A stretch of 25,860 nt of DNA from an uncultured Rhodospirillaceae bacterium (GTDB lineage Bacteria > Pseudomonadota > Alphaproteobacteria > GCA-2746255): positions 1-25,860 of the forward strand of contig CAYTAE010000003.1 of assembly GCA_964435655.1 (NCBI GenBank), written 5' to 3'. Below the pieces are notes generated by a model that did no database searches, was not told the DNA's origin, and saw only the letters and a list, made by a program, of their open reading frames with translations. This document shows positions 16,518 through 24,901 of the stretch, in pieces. The position numbers were made by a program, and so were the translations under genes. Each line of letters opens with the position of its first letter. The first letter of the stretch is position 1.

Positions 16518-17096
16518 TCAAACCCGTGTCGAAAGCCAGATCGCTAGACGCGACGCGCGCTTGATAGCGCCACTTAACACACCATAGGCCGGCGCATCTT
16601 GCGCACCATGGGAAATGGCAGTGTCCTTATGGGCCAGCTCGTCGGCCTGGAACGTGGCAATGGTTTCCTTCAATTCCGGCTCGTTCTCGCCAAGCCTGTC
16701 GATCTGTCCCTGATAATGTTCGCCGATCACGTCTTCGACAGCAGCCGTACACGCCATCGCCGCACGCTCTCCCAAAAGCGCCGTCGCCACCCCCAGGGCA
16801 TAACCGGCAACGTGCCAACATGGCGCAAGCAACGTCGGTCGCACGCGGCGATCAACAATCCATTCGTCAAAGACTGCCAAATGCGCGCGTTCCTGATCCA
16901 GCATGTGCTGCAAAATTTCTTTCTGGCCTGAGCGGCCAAGCACGGCCATCTGGCCCTCATAGATCCGAACCGCCCCATATTCGCCGGCGTGATCGACGCG
17001 GATCATGCGCGCAATCTCCTCCTCCGGCGAAGGATCGCCCGGAAGCCGCATGAATTTTTTTTGATCGTGAGGCTTTTCTTTTTCGCTGGACGTCAC
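16518..17096 (-). CDS. coq7: Demethoxyubiquinone hydroxylase (Coq7/CLK-1 di-iron family)
   Basis: RVDHAGEYGAVRIYEGQ, QERAH, AVEDVIGEHY and DELAH di-iron motifs; GTG start at 17096 (GTGA overlap with the dsbB stop, RBS AGGAAAGAGG). Confidence 0.93.
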   Translation of the reverse strand: MTSSEKEKPHDQKKFMRLPGDPSPEEEIARMIRVDHAGEYGAVRIYEGQMAVLGRSGQKEILQHMLDQERAHLAVFDEWIVDRRVRPTLLAPCWHVAGYALGVATALLGERAAMACTAAVEDVIGEHYQGQIDRLGENEPELKETIATFQADELAHKDTAISHGAQDAPAYGVLSGAIKRASRLAIWLSTRV

Positions 17097-17581
17097 GCCT
17101 CTTTCCTTTTTCCAAAAATTCGGGCCACCGCAATGGCGCAAATTGCCAAACCAGTGGACATAATCGCATTCACCCCTGCCATCGACAGGCCGAGAAAAGT
17201 CCAGGCAATTTCATCACACCGCGCCGGTTGCATGTTTAAAAGGGACTGCCGCAACGCGTCCAGGCTTTCGCTGGCTTCAACACCGCCACAGGAAGCCGCA
17301 ACCCAGCCTTGCTCGACACCCACATGATAAAGGGCCAGCAGACCATTGCCGAAAAAGAGAGCGGCAAGAAGAAGCAACACCCCGACCGCCGCGCGCCGAT
17401 GGGGCGAGACAAAAAAGGCACCAAGGGCAACGCCCGCTGCCAAGCCATAGGGCACGCGTTGATACAGACAAAGGACGCAGGGCTTTAACCCGCCCAGAAA
17501 TTCAAAGCCATAGGCCGTCGCCAGCACGGCCAGGCTGACCCCAAAAAACCCAAGAAATACCAGTCTTGGTGCAAGCGTCAT
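17093..17581 (-). CDS. dsbB: Disulfide bond formation protein B
   Basis: Four TM segments, PCVLCLYQR motif, second periplasmic Cys pair (ASC...ARCD) and FLGLSMAG. Confidence 0.92.
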   Translation of the reverse strand: MTLAPRLVFLGFFGVSLAVLATAYGFEFLGGLKPCVLCLYQRVPYGLAAGVALGAFFVSPHRRAAVGVLLLLAALFFGNGLLALYHVGVEQGWVAASCGGVEASESLDALRQSLLNMQPARCDEIAWTFLGLSMAGVNAIMSTGLAICAIAVARIFGKRKEA

Positions 17582-18159
17582 ATTCCGTAGCCCAAAAGAA
17601 CAACCAACCCAATCGCCACCAGAAAAACGAGGATGGAAAGGGGTGCCAGATATTTTTCGACAAAACTCTGAACCCGCGGCCCAAAATACCAGATCAGCCC
17701 TGCAACAATATAAAAGCGCAGACCGCGCGCAACGAAAGATGCCAGCACAAAGGGCAGAAGGCTTAGGCCGACAACGCCGCTTGCAATCGTAATCACCTTA
17801 TAGGGAAAAGGCGTAAAGGCCGCCCCGGCGACAATCCAGACGCCCCATTCGAGGTAATGACCCTGAAATTCCGTGAAGGCGTCCATCAAGTTATAAAATT
17901 CCAGAACCGGGCGGCCGATGGTCTCGTAAAAAAAGAAGCCGATGCCATAGCCAAGAAGCGCGCCGGCAACAGACAGAAGCGTGCAGAGACCCGCGAAGAA
18001 AAAGGCGCGACGGCGCGCCGCCAGGCACATGGGAACCAACAGCAGATCCGGCGGCACCGGAAAGAACGAACTTTCCGCAAAAGAAACCGCCGCCAGCACG
18101 ACCGGGGCGCGACGCCCGGCGGCAAGCCGCATCGTGCGGGCATAAAGCGTTTCTGACAT
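17578..18159 (-). CDS. YqaA/DedA-family membrane protein (193 aa)
   Basis: SFAESSFFPVPPDLLL, GALLGYGIG, FTPFPYKVITIASG and ARGLRFY motifs; ATG 18159 behind RBS AGGAGG. Confidence 0.92.
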   Translation of the reverse strand: MSETLYARTMRLAAGRRAPVVLAAVSFAESSFFPVPPDLLLVPMCLAARRRAFFFAGLCTLLSVAGALLGYGIGFFFYETIGRPVLEFYNLMDAFTEFQGHYLEWGVWIVAGAAFTPFPYKVITIASGVVGLSLLPFVLASFVARGLRFYIVAGLIWYFGPRVQSFVEKYLAPLSILVFLVAIGLVVLLGYGI

Positions 18160-18262
18160 GTCCCGCACCTCCTGATCCAGGCCGCATCCGTATTTGCCTG
18201 GCCCCAATAGAACGCCGAAGGCCATGCGCGCGCAAGCCCTCAGACTTTGATGCGTCTCACCA

Positions 18263-18290
18263 TTGACCGCGCCCGCTGGAAGACTAGGAT
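18263..18290 (+). promoter_or_regulatory. Putative tRNA promoter TTGACC-N16-TAGGAT
   Basis: Sigma70-like hexamers ending 11 nt before the tRNA. Confidence 0.5.
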
Positions 18291-18301
18291 AGGCCGCCAT
18301 A

Positions 18302-18388
18302 GCCCCTGTGGCGGAACTGGTAGACGCGGCAGACTCAAAATCTGTTGTCCGCAAGGACGTGGGAGTTCGAGTCTCCCTGGGGGCACCA
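18302..18388 (+). tRNA. trnL: tRNA-Leu (anticodon CAA), 87 nt, encoded CCA
   Basis: Acceptor GCCCCTG/TGGGGGC, D-loop TGGTAGAC, anticodon arm GCAGA-CTCAAAA-TCTGT, long variable arm GTCC-GCAA-GGAC, T-arm GGGAG-TTCGAGT-CTCCC, then ACCA. Confidence 0.97.
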
Positions 18389-18438
18389 ATTTTTTCCCGC
18401 ACTCTTTCTTTGTGCGTTCCCGCGATGGCGGGCAATAG

Positions 18439-19146
18439 CTAAGCCAACGGCCAAAAACGTTCACGCAGGATCAGGAAAAGAATTTTCTTCCCTGCCAGGA
18501 AACTTCCCAAAAACGTGCCCGAAATTTTCGAAACCCCGGTCCGGGGACGATAGCGGACCGGAACCTCCATCCAAGTCAGCCGCATTTTTGCCGCCTTTAT
18601 CTGCATTTCCACCGTCCAGCCATAATCCGGGTCCGCCATGGCAAGGCGTGCCAGCGTATCGCGCCGGATTGCCCGGAAGGGGCCGAGATCCGTAAAATCC
18701 GCCCCATAAAAAAACCGGATAAGCGTCGTGGCAAGCCCGTTTCCCCATCGTTGAACCGGAGCAAGCGCGCCCTGCATCGCCGCCCCCAACACACGCGAAC
18801 CAAGGACAAATTCCGCGCGGCCTTCCAAAATCGGGTCCACCAGATCGGCCATCGCTTCCGGATAATCGCTGAAATCCCCGTCGAGAAAGACAATGACATC
18901 CATGGGAAGTTCCATATCCCCAAGGACGCGCAAGCCCGCCTGACAGGCCCGGCCATAGCCACGCCTGGGCTCCGCAACGACGCGCGCGCGCGCGGCGTGC
19001 GCAATTTGTGCCGTGTCATCTTTCGACCCATTGTCCACAACGACGATCGCGTCCAGCCAGGAAGGGATTGCCGCGATTACCTTGCCGATGGCCGGCCCTT
19101 CGTCTCGCGCCGGGATGACAACGCCGATGCGCATCTTATGCCGCAT
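18439..19146 (-). CDS. GT2 glycosyltransferase, DPM1/polyprenol-phosphate sugar synthase-like
   Basis: VIPARDE, VVVDNGSKD, RRGYGRAC, FLDGD (DxD), GSR and DLGPFRAI motifs; start at 19146 or 19134. Confidence 0.9.
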   Translation of the reverse strand: MRHKMRIGVVIPARDEGPAIGKVIAAIPSWLDAIVVVDNGSKDDTAQIAHAARARVVAEPRRGYGRACQAGLRVLGDMELPMDVIVFLDGDFSDYPEAMADLVDPILEGRAEFVLGSRVLGAAMQGALAPVQRWGNGLATTLIRFFYGADFTDLGPFRAIRRDTLARLAMADPDYGWTVEMQIKAAKMRLTWMEVPVRYRPRTGVSKISGTFLGSFLAGKKILFLILRERFWPLA

Positions 19147-20599
19147 GCACACCTCGCTTCTTTTGCCATCGGCCATGCGTCTCCCACGCGAACAACGCAA
19201 GGACAGGGGCCATTTCGACCCAGACGATCCACGCATCAAAAAGATCGGCAAAGCCCGCTTCGGCAAACACAAAGCGTAACGAATAGAGCGGCAGCGTCGC
19301 CGTCAACACAAGCAGCGAAAGCCGGGGGCACAGCACAAGCAGGGGGAGAAACCACGCGTAATACCATGGAAAAACCGCAGGGCTTAAAAGGACAAGCAGG
19401 GCCGTCACACCAAGCATGCCACAACAAATCGCCGCATCGCCACGCGCGCGCGCCAGCCAGAAACTGGCGCCAAGCACAGCACAACCAACCAGCCCGCGCG
19501 CCACATCCGGGGCCAGATCTGCAAAGGAAAAGGACGCCAGCATGGCTTTTGCAAAGGCGAGCACGAGGGGGAAAAGGGCGTCGTTCATCTCCCATTGCCG
19601 TCCATAGGCGACGAGACCCGCCCTGCCATCGAGGCCCGCCAGAAGCTGGGGCAAAAGAAAAAGCCCGAAGGGAATGGCAAAGAACAGAACGGCCAGAAAA
19701 AACGTGGCCTTCTTTTTAAAACCATGTTTTTCAAAACAGGGCCGCAGAAAGAACGGCCACAACACAATGGGCCAAAGCTTTACGCCGGCCGCACAGGCCA
19801 AAGCGAAATTCGCAAGCCAATGCCGCCTGCGCAGCAACAGAAGAAGCGCGCCGATCAAAAAGGGAAGCAGCAGGCCGTCCATGTGCGCGCCGTTGATCAG
19901 TTCTTTGACAAGCAACGGGTTCCACCAGAAAAGCGCGGCCCAAAATGGGGTGCGTCCAAGCTGTTTTAGAAGGACCAGCAGCAATGCCATGGACGTCATG
20001 TCGGCAAGCAGCAGGACCCCCCGCCAGGTTTCCAGATGGAACGGCGCAAGCTTGTAGGAAATGGCAAAGAAAATTTGCGCCAATGCCGGATAGATACTTC
20101 GTATTTCCGGGTGGTTGACGCGCGCTAAAATGGCGTCGGCACGCGGTCCAAGTTGCGCCAGAATTTCCGGGGCCGCCCCTTCGGACAAATCGGCCGGCGC
20201 ATGTTGATACGGGTTGTGCGCAAGCGCAACGACGGCACCATCCAGAAAATAACGGTGATAATCGTCTTCCAGAATGGGCGTCGATGGAAGAAGAACGAGA
20301 CGCATGGCAAGGCCAACGCCAAGCATCCAGAAGAAAAGCGCCGAGGCCTTTGCCGTCCGCCGGATCAACGCCGGCAGGGCAAGAAACAGAAGGCCCACCG
20401 TCATGCCAAGGGCGACAAGACGCAACGTCGCCGGCACGGGGGTGCGATAGGCGCCTTCAAAATCCGCCGAAAGATCCAACAGAAAAATCTGGGCGCCCAC
20501 CAGCGCAAGCCCAAGCCCAATCCAGCCGGCCCGGACGATTGTTTCCGTGCGCGGAACCGTTATTTCGTATAGCTCCCGAGACTTTTCGTTTCCGACCAT
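19136..20599 (-). CDS. Polytopic GT-C-fold glycosyltransferase (GT87/DUF2029-like)
   Basis: Many TM segments; EDDYHRYFLDG acidic loop, IYPALAQ, WNPLLVKE...HMDG, KLWP and PWYYAW; start uncertain (40-nt overlap with the upstream gene). Confidence 0.75.
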   Translation of the reverse strand: MVGNEKSRELYEITVPRTETIVRAGWIGLGLALVGAQIFLLDLSADFEGAYRTPVPATLRLVALGMTVGLLFLALPALIRRTAKASALFFWMLGVGLAMRLVLLPSTPILEDDYHRYFLDGAVVALAHNPYQHAPADLSEGAAPEILAQLGPRADAILARVNHPEIRSIYPALAQIFFAISYKLAPFHLETWRGVLLLADMTSMALLLVLLKQLGRTPFWAALFWWNPLLVKELINGAHMDGLLLPFLIGALLLLLRRRHWLANFALACAAGVKLWPIVLWPFFLRPCFEKHGFKKKATFFLAVLFFAIPFGLFLLPQLLAGLDGRAGLVAYGRQWEMNDALFPLVLAFAKAMLASFSFADLAPDVARGLVGCAVLGASFWLARARGDAAICCGMLGVTALLVLLSPAVFPWYYAWFLPLLVLCPRLSLLVLTATLPLYSLRFVFAEAGFADLFDAWIVWVEMAPVLALFAWETHGRWQKKRGVHAA

Positions 20600-22254
20600 G
20601 GCGCGCGTGCGGCATCGTTCAAAGACCAGTCGTAATCGATCCGGGTAACGCGTTCGATCCCGGCGAGCGCCTCACCAAATTCCGGCGTCGCGTATTTCCG
20701 AAGGTGGCGCAGCACGCTTGCGTCATCGCCGCCGAAATCTTCCAGATACCAGGAATACATGGCGGAAATGATCAACTGGCCCTTGCGGATGCGCGCACCG
20801 CGCGGATGGTTCACATAGGCCGCCGCCGCTGTGTCCAGCAGGGCTTCCCTGTTCGCCGCCGTAAATGGAACGGATTGAAGATCCGCACACCCATAGGCCG
20901 CCAGACTTAACGCGTAGTGGATGCGCGGATCTTTCCAGATCGGGCGCAGGATGCCGCTTTCGATGTCATGAAACGACAGCTTCACCCCCCCAACGGTGAC
21001 AAGCTTTGCATCCCAGGGGCCGCTATCGGCGGCCAAATCGCCTTCGCCATCAATATCGACAATGCTGCCCAGCCAGTAATGGTCGAGAACCACTTCAACG
21101 ACGGTCGCATTGTAAAGATTGACCCAATAGGCGAATTGCTCGTCCCGGCTGTAACGCTGGATCGGGATGGCTTCCAACCCTTCGATGTAGGCCTGAAGTT
21201 TCTTTTTATCCGGCTTCGTCACCGCGCCATAATCGACGTGATTGATCGCGTCCTCCCCCGGGGCAACATATTTGGCAAGGAAAGCCCCCCAGGCCGTGTG
21301 GTCGATTTCTTCCGTTGCCTTGGGCGCATGCGCTTCCCATTGGGCAAGAGCAACGGCTTTGGGCGCCGTATAGCCCCCTTGAGGCACCAGCCCCCCGATG
21401 GCCGCTTCATACGCCGCGACGTCGTTTAACGACCAGTCATATTCGTCGTCCCCGATGGTTGCCCCGGTGAGGGCTTCTTTTAAGGCCGGGTCGGCATATT
21501 TTTTCAAATGGCGCAGCACGCCCGACGCGCCACCAAAATCTTCTTCAAACCAGACAAAAATACTGGAGACGATCAACGCGCCGTCTTCAACCCGCACGCC
21601 ACGCGGATGGTTGATGTATTCGAACGCCGTCTCCTCCAGCATTTCCTCGATCTTGTCGCCTTCGAAAACAAAGGTCTGAAGATTCGGACAGCCAATCGAC
21701 GCGCAATTGATTGCGTAGTGAACGCGCGGGTCTTTCCAGATGGGGCGCAGAATGCGGTGTTCGATATCGTTCAGGGAAAGTTCCAGCCCCGCAACGCGGG
21801 CCTGCTTTGCGTCCCACGGACCGTCGGCGAACAGCCCCGGCGAAATGTCGATGTCGCGGATGCTGGCCACCGGATAATGATCGAGGATGACCTTCACGGT
21901 GAGCGCGTTGTAGAAATTGATCCAATAGGCGAGCTGTTCATCGCGGCGCAGCGCCGACACGGAAACGTCCCCAAGGGCGACAAGATAGCTTTCAAGCTTT
22001 TCCCGATCCGCTTTTGAAACTTTGTGATAGGCGACGCGGTTGATCCCGTCCGGGGGAAGTTCCACATATTTTGCAAGAAACCGGGCCCAGGCGAGGTGTT
22101 TGACGCGGATTTTTGAATCCGGGTCGGAGGCCTCCCACTGCGCCCATGTTTCAACCTTTGGTGCAAAAAGGTCGTCAACAAATCCGGCCCTGGCCGTGGA
22201 AAGCGTGAGGCCCAGCAGAAACACGATCAGAAAAAACGAAAACCGACGAACCAT
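20560..22254 (-). CDS. Exported protein with two tandem DUF547 domains
   Basis: Signal peptide (MVRRFSFFLIVFLLGLTLSTARA); duplicated EQxAYWxNxYNA, ILRPIWKDPRxHYA, HPRGxR, WxxEDFGG and YDWSLND blocks. Confidence 0.88.
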   Translation of the reverse strand: MVRRFSFFLIVFLLGLTLSTARAGFVDDLFAPKVETWAQWEASDPDSKIRVKHLAWARFLAKYVELPPDGINRVAYHKVSKADREKLESYLVALGDVSVSALRRDEQLAYWINFYNALTVKVILDHYPVASIRDIDISPGLFADGPWDAKQARVAGLELSLNDIEHRILRPIWKDPRVHYAINCASIGCPNLQTFVFEGDKIEEMLEETAFEYINHPRGVRVEDGALIVSSIFVWFEEDFGGASGVLRHLKKYADPALKEALTGATIGDDEYDWSLNDVAAYEAAIGGLVPQGGYTAPKAVALAQWEAHAPKATEEIDHTAWGAFLAKYVAPGEDAINHVDYGAVTKPDKKKLQAYIEGLEAIPIQRYSRDEQFAYWVNLYNATVVEVVLDHYWLGSIVDIDGEGDLAADSGPWDAKLVTVGGVKLSFHDIESGILRPIWKDPRIHYALSLAAYGCADLQSVPFTAANREALLDTAAAAYVNHPRGARIRKGQLIISAMYSWYLEDFGGDDASVLRHLRKYATPEFGEALAGIERVTRIDYDWSLNDAARAPWSETKSLGSYTK

Positions 22255-22368
22255 CCGCAGTCCCCCTTCACCCGCAAACCTACCCCCGAAGGGCGAAAGG
22301 CGGGCTTCACAATCCGTTGAAGGCCACCCACCCTGCGATGAGAAGCGCGATGTGTTCGCAAGGCATTT

Positions 22369-23508
22369 TTATTTGCAAATGTTTTGCAGCGCCTTCCATC
22401 TGGCTGCTGACAAGGCCGGAAGACTGTTTTCAAGCGGTTTCTGGCTCATTGCAATCCGCTCAGAATCGCTAGGATGCGTCGACAGAAAATTGAACCATTC
22501 CGGCAATTTTCCCTTGTTCAACCGTTGCGAGCGCTCGAAAAAGGCGGCGAAAGCCTTGGGCGCAATGCGAACAGCCGACAACCGCGCCATGGCATAGGTA
22601 TCGGCTTCTCGCTCAGCGTCCCGAGAATAAGCTGTGGCAATCAACATCTGACCGATGCCGCCAACCATTGACCCCCCAAAAACATCGCCGATAAGCAACC
22701 CCACCAAAAGGGAGCCACCCGCCACTTCGAGAGAAATTCCAAGCGGATGACGATGAAAGACATGCCCCATTTCATGAGCCAGCACGGCGGCCACTTCGTC
22801 CGCCCCCTCTGCAAATTCCAGCAGGCCACGAAAAAGGACGATGTTGCCCCCAGGCAAGGCAAAGGCATTCACCGTTTTGTCGTCAAACACCAGGACCTGC
22901 AGTCGCAATGGGATCCCGGCACCGTTCGTCAACCGCGACATAAGGCTCTCCAATGCCTGGCGGCCTTGTTTGTTTGAACAGCGAAGCGCTTTTGGCGTTG
23001 TGTCATTAAAGGTGGCAAAAATTTCCACAAGCTCGTCAACCGCCTGCTCTCCAATTTCTTGCTCGATCGCAATCGGAAGGAATTTGGCAACGCCCTTGGC
23101 AAGATAGGGGATGCCAACCCAGTAAATTAGCCCGATGGAAACCATGGCCAAAACGCCCCATCGCAGGACAAGACGCCACTCTGCCGTCGGGTTTTTTTGT
23201 CGTAAATTCGGGAAAAGCGCACAAAAATCTTCCCGGCGCTCTGACGGGTCAAGGCTCAACCGGGCTGCGTCCTTAAACCCATGTTTAAAAATATCTGGCT
23301 CGTCGTTCGCGCTGGAATTGGAAAAATGCACTTTCTCGATTGGCCACTGCGCCAACGACCGCTCCGCTTTGCTGGCATATGTGCTGTCTTCTGCCAAAAC
23401 GTCTTCAGCTGCAACGATTTCGATCGCCCGATCACGAACCAAAACCCGAACCCGCCAGCGCGTGGCGACTTTGCCATCAAAGAAATAGCCCGAATAGCTT
23501 ATGGCCAA
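22369..23508 (-). CDS. M48-family zinc metallopeptidase with N-terminal extra domain and TM
   Basis: NAFALPGG, AAVLAHEMGH (HExxH), YSRDAEREAD and STHP motifs; TTG start abuts the DUF898 stop. Confidence 0.93.
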   Translation of the reverse strand: MAISYSGYFFDGKVATRWRVRVLVRDRAIEIVAAEDVLAEDSTYASKAERSLAQWPIEKVHFSNSSANDEPDIFKHGFKDAARLSLDPSERREDFCALFPNLRQKNPTAEWRLVLRWGVLAMVSIGLIYWVGIPYLAKGVAKFLPIAIEQEIGEQAVDELVEIFATFNDTTPKALRCSNKQGRQALESLMSRLTNGAGIPLRLQVLVFDDKTVNAFALPGGNIVLFRGLLEFAEGADEVAAVLAHEMGHVFHRHPLGISLEVAGGSLLVGLLIGDVFGGSMVGGIGQMLIATAYSRDAEREADTYAMARLSAVRIAPKAFAAFFERSQRLNKGKLPEWFNFLSTHPSDSERIAMSQKPLENSLPALSAARWKALQNICK

Positions 23509-24759
23509 TCAAATGCCTCCAACATCAAAAGCGTCCGCAAGGCCCTCGCCAAACTTTAGGCCCTGGTCTTCGGCCTGTTTGATGGTGTCAACAACCTGGG
23601 CATTGGTCATCGCAAGCGATTTGAACATCGCCTTCAGCAAATCAAATAAGAAATAAACGTAATATAACGGAGGCAAAACAAAGGTGAAAAACAGCACCGC
23701 AAGAACCGCGTAAACCGTGACCGTATCCTCCATCGAAAAGTCTTCTGCCAACACAGCCGCCAAAGCCGGAAGAACAATGATGGGGATCAAGGCAACAAAA
23801 ACAATTGCAACATAGCGCAATGAAAATTGAAAAATCCTGTTTCCATTCAGCTTTAAATCGAAACGCGCCGCATCAAGGTTCGTGCAGGAAAAAATGTATC
23901 GAAACTCGGTAACTTTATATTGGATAAAAACACCTACGCAAAACCACCCATTGATTATCCAAAGAAAAACTAAGGATAGGGTGACGGCAGGCGCTGGCAA
24001 CCCAAAGAAAGTTGAAGCCTCATTTTCAGCAAAAACGGTGTCATACGCCATGTAGGTCAACACGCTGGCACTGCCAAGAAGCACCCCCCAAAAAAACAAC
24101 ACGCCAAGCCAGGGGAAAAACAACGCCCAGCCACTCCCATGAAAACCAAAGCGGCCAGAGCCAAACCACGTATGCCGCGTCATATAGCGTGTAAGCGCTA
24201 TGCTGTAACCGGGATAGGCAAGGCCCAGCGTTAAGAGAACGAGCAAAATCCAAACTAGATAGCGCAGCCCATAGGCAAGAGACGACCCGCCCAACCGCCC
24301 ACGAATACCGCGCCACTGTGTGCGACTAAGCCGATAACGCTGCGCGCGAAAAGTCGCGACCCCCAACAGAAAAACAAACACAAGCGTGGACAGAAGGTCA
24401 AAAAGCTCCCGCACACTGCCTTCTGTCGACACGACGAGTGTGCTGAAAAGGGCATAAATCAGGCCCAGGGGAAAAAGAATGCTGAGAACAATCAGAAAGC
24501 CAACGAATAGTTCTGCGCCACGCCCGACATATTCGAATGGCTCGTCTTGAAGACGCGTTTTCGCCCACAAATAACGGCGCAAGCGTGTCTTGGCCCAAAA
24601 ACGGTAAATGCCGACCGTAACAACTGTCAGCAAAATGTTGCGTACGATAATTCGAAAAAATGCGGCACGGTCGCCATCGAAGGCAAAGGCGTAACTCTCT
24701 GTACTGTCCACTGCCTCCGCAGTGATGGGGATAGAACTTTTGACCATCAAAGTCTCCAT
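23509..24759 (-). CDS. YjgN/DUF898-family membrane protein
   Basis: NILLTVVTVGIYRFWAKTRLRRYLW...FEYVGRGAELFVGFL, RYRLSRTQWRGIR, LTLGLAYP and terminal ADAFDVG. Confidence 0.9.
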   Translation of the reverse strand: METLMVKSSIPITAEAVDSTESYAFAFDGDRAAFFRIIVRNILLTVVTVGIYRFWAKTRLRRYLWAKTRLQDEPFEYVGRGAELFVGFLIVLSILFPLGLIYALFSTLVVSTEGSVRELFDLLSTLVFVFLLGVATFRAQRYRLSRTQWRGIRGRLGGSSLAYGLRYLVWILLVLLTLGLAYPGYSIALTRYMTRHTWFGSGRFGFHGSGWALFFPWLGVLFFWGVLLGSASVLTYMAYDTVFAENEASTFFGLPAPAVTLSLVFLWIINGWFCVGVFIQYKVTEFRYIFSCTNLDAARFDLKLNGNRIFQFSLRYVAIVFVALIPIIVLPALAAVLAEDFSMEDTVTVYAVLAVLFFTFVLPPLYYVYFLFDLLKAMFKSLAMTNAQVVDTIKQAEDQGLKFGEGLADAFDVGGI

Positions 24760-24901
24760 TCGCCCTTGCCAGAAACCTATTTAACGCGCTTTCTTTTCAG
24801 AAAGAAAACGACCTTAGCCTTTCCCAATAGTCACAAGGACTTGCAACGGCTACGCGCTTTTCCCACATTAGAGCACGCCTTCTTAAAGGAGACCCGTTCC
24901 C

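Noticed and set aside
17578-18435. Long N-terminal extension of the YqaA/DedA ORF in the ORF track
   Set aside because: It runs antisense through the tRNA; ATG 18159 has a strong AGGAGG RBS and gives a normal family length.
18751-19719. 322-aa plus-strand Arg/Ala/Pro-rich ORF
   Set aside because: Opposite two well-supported glycosyltransferase genes; composition typical of a non-coding frame.
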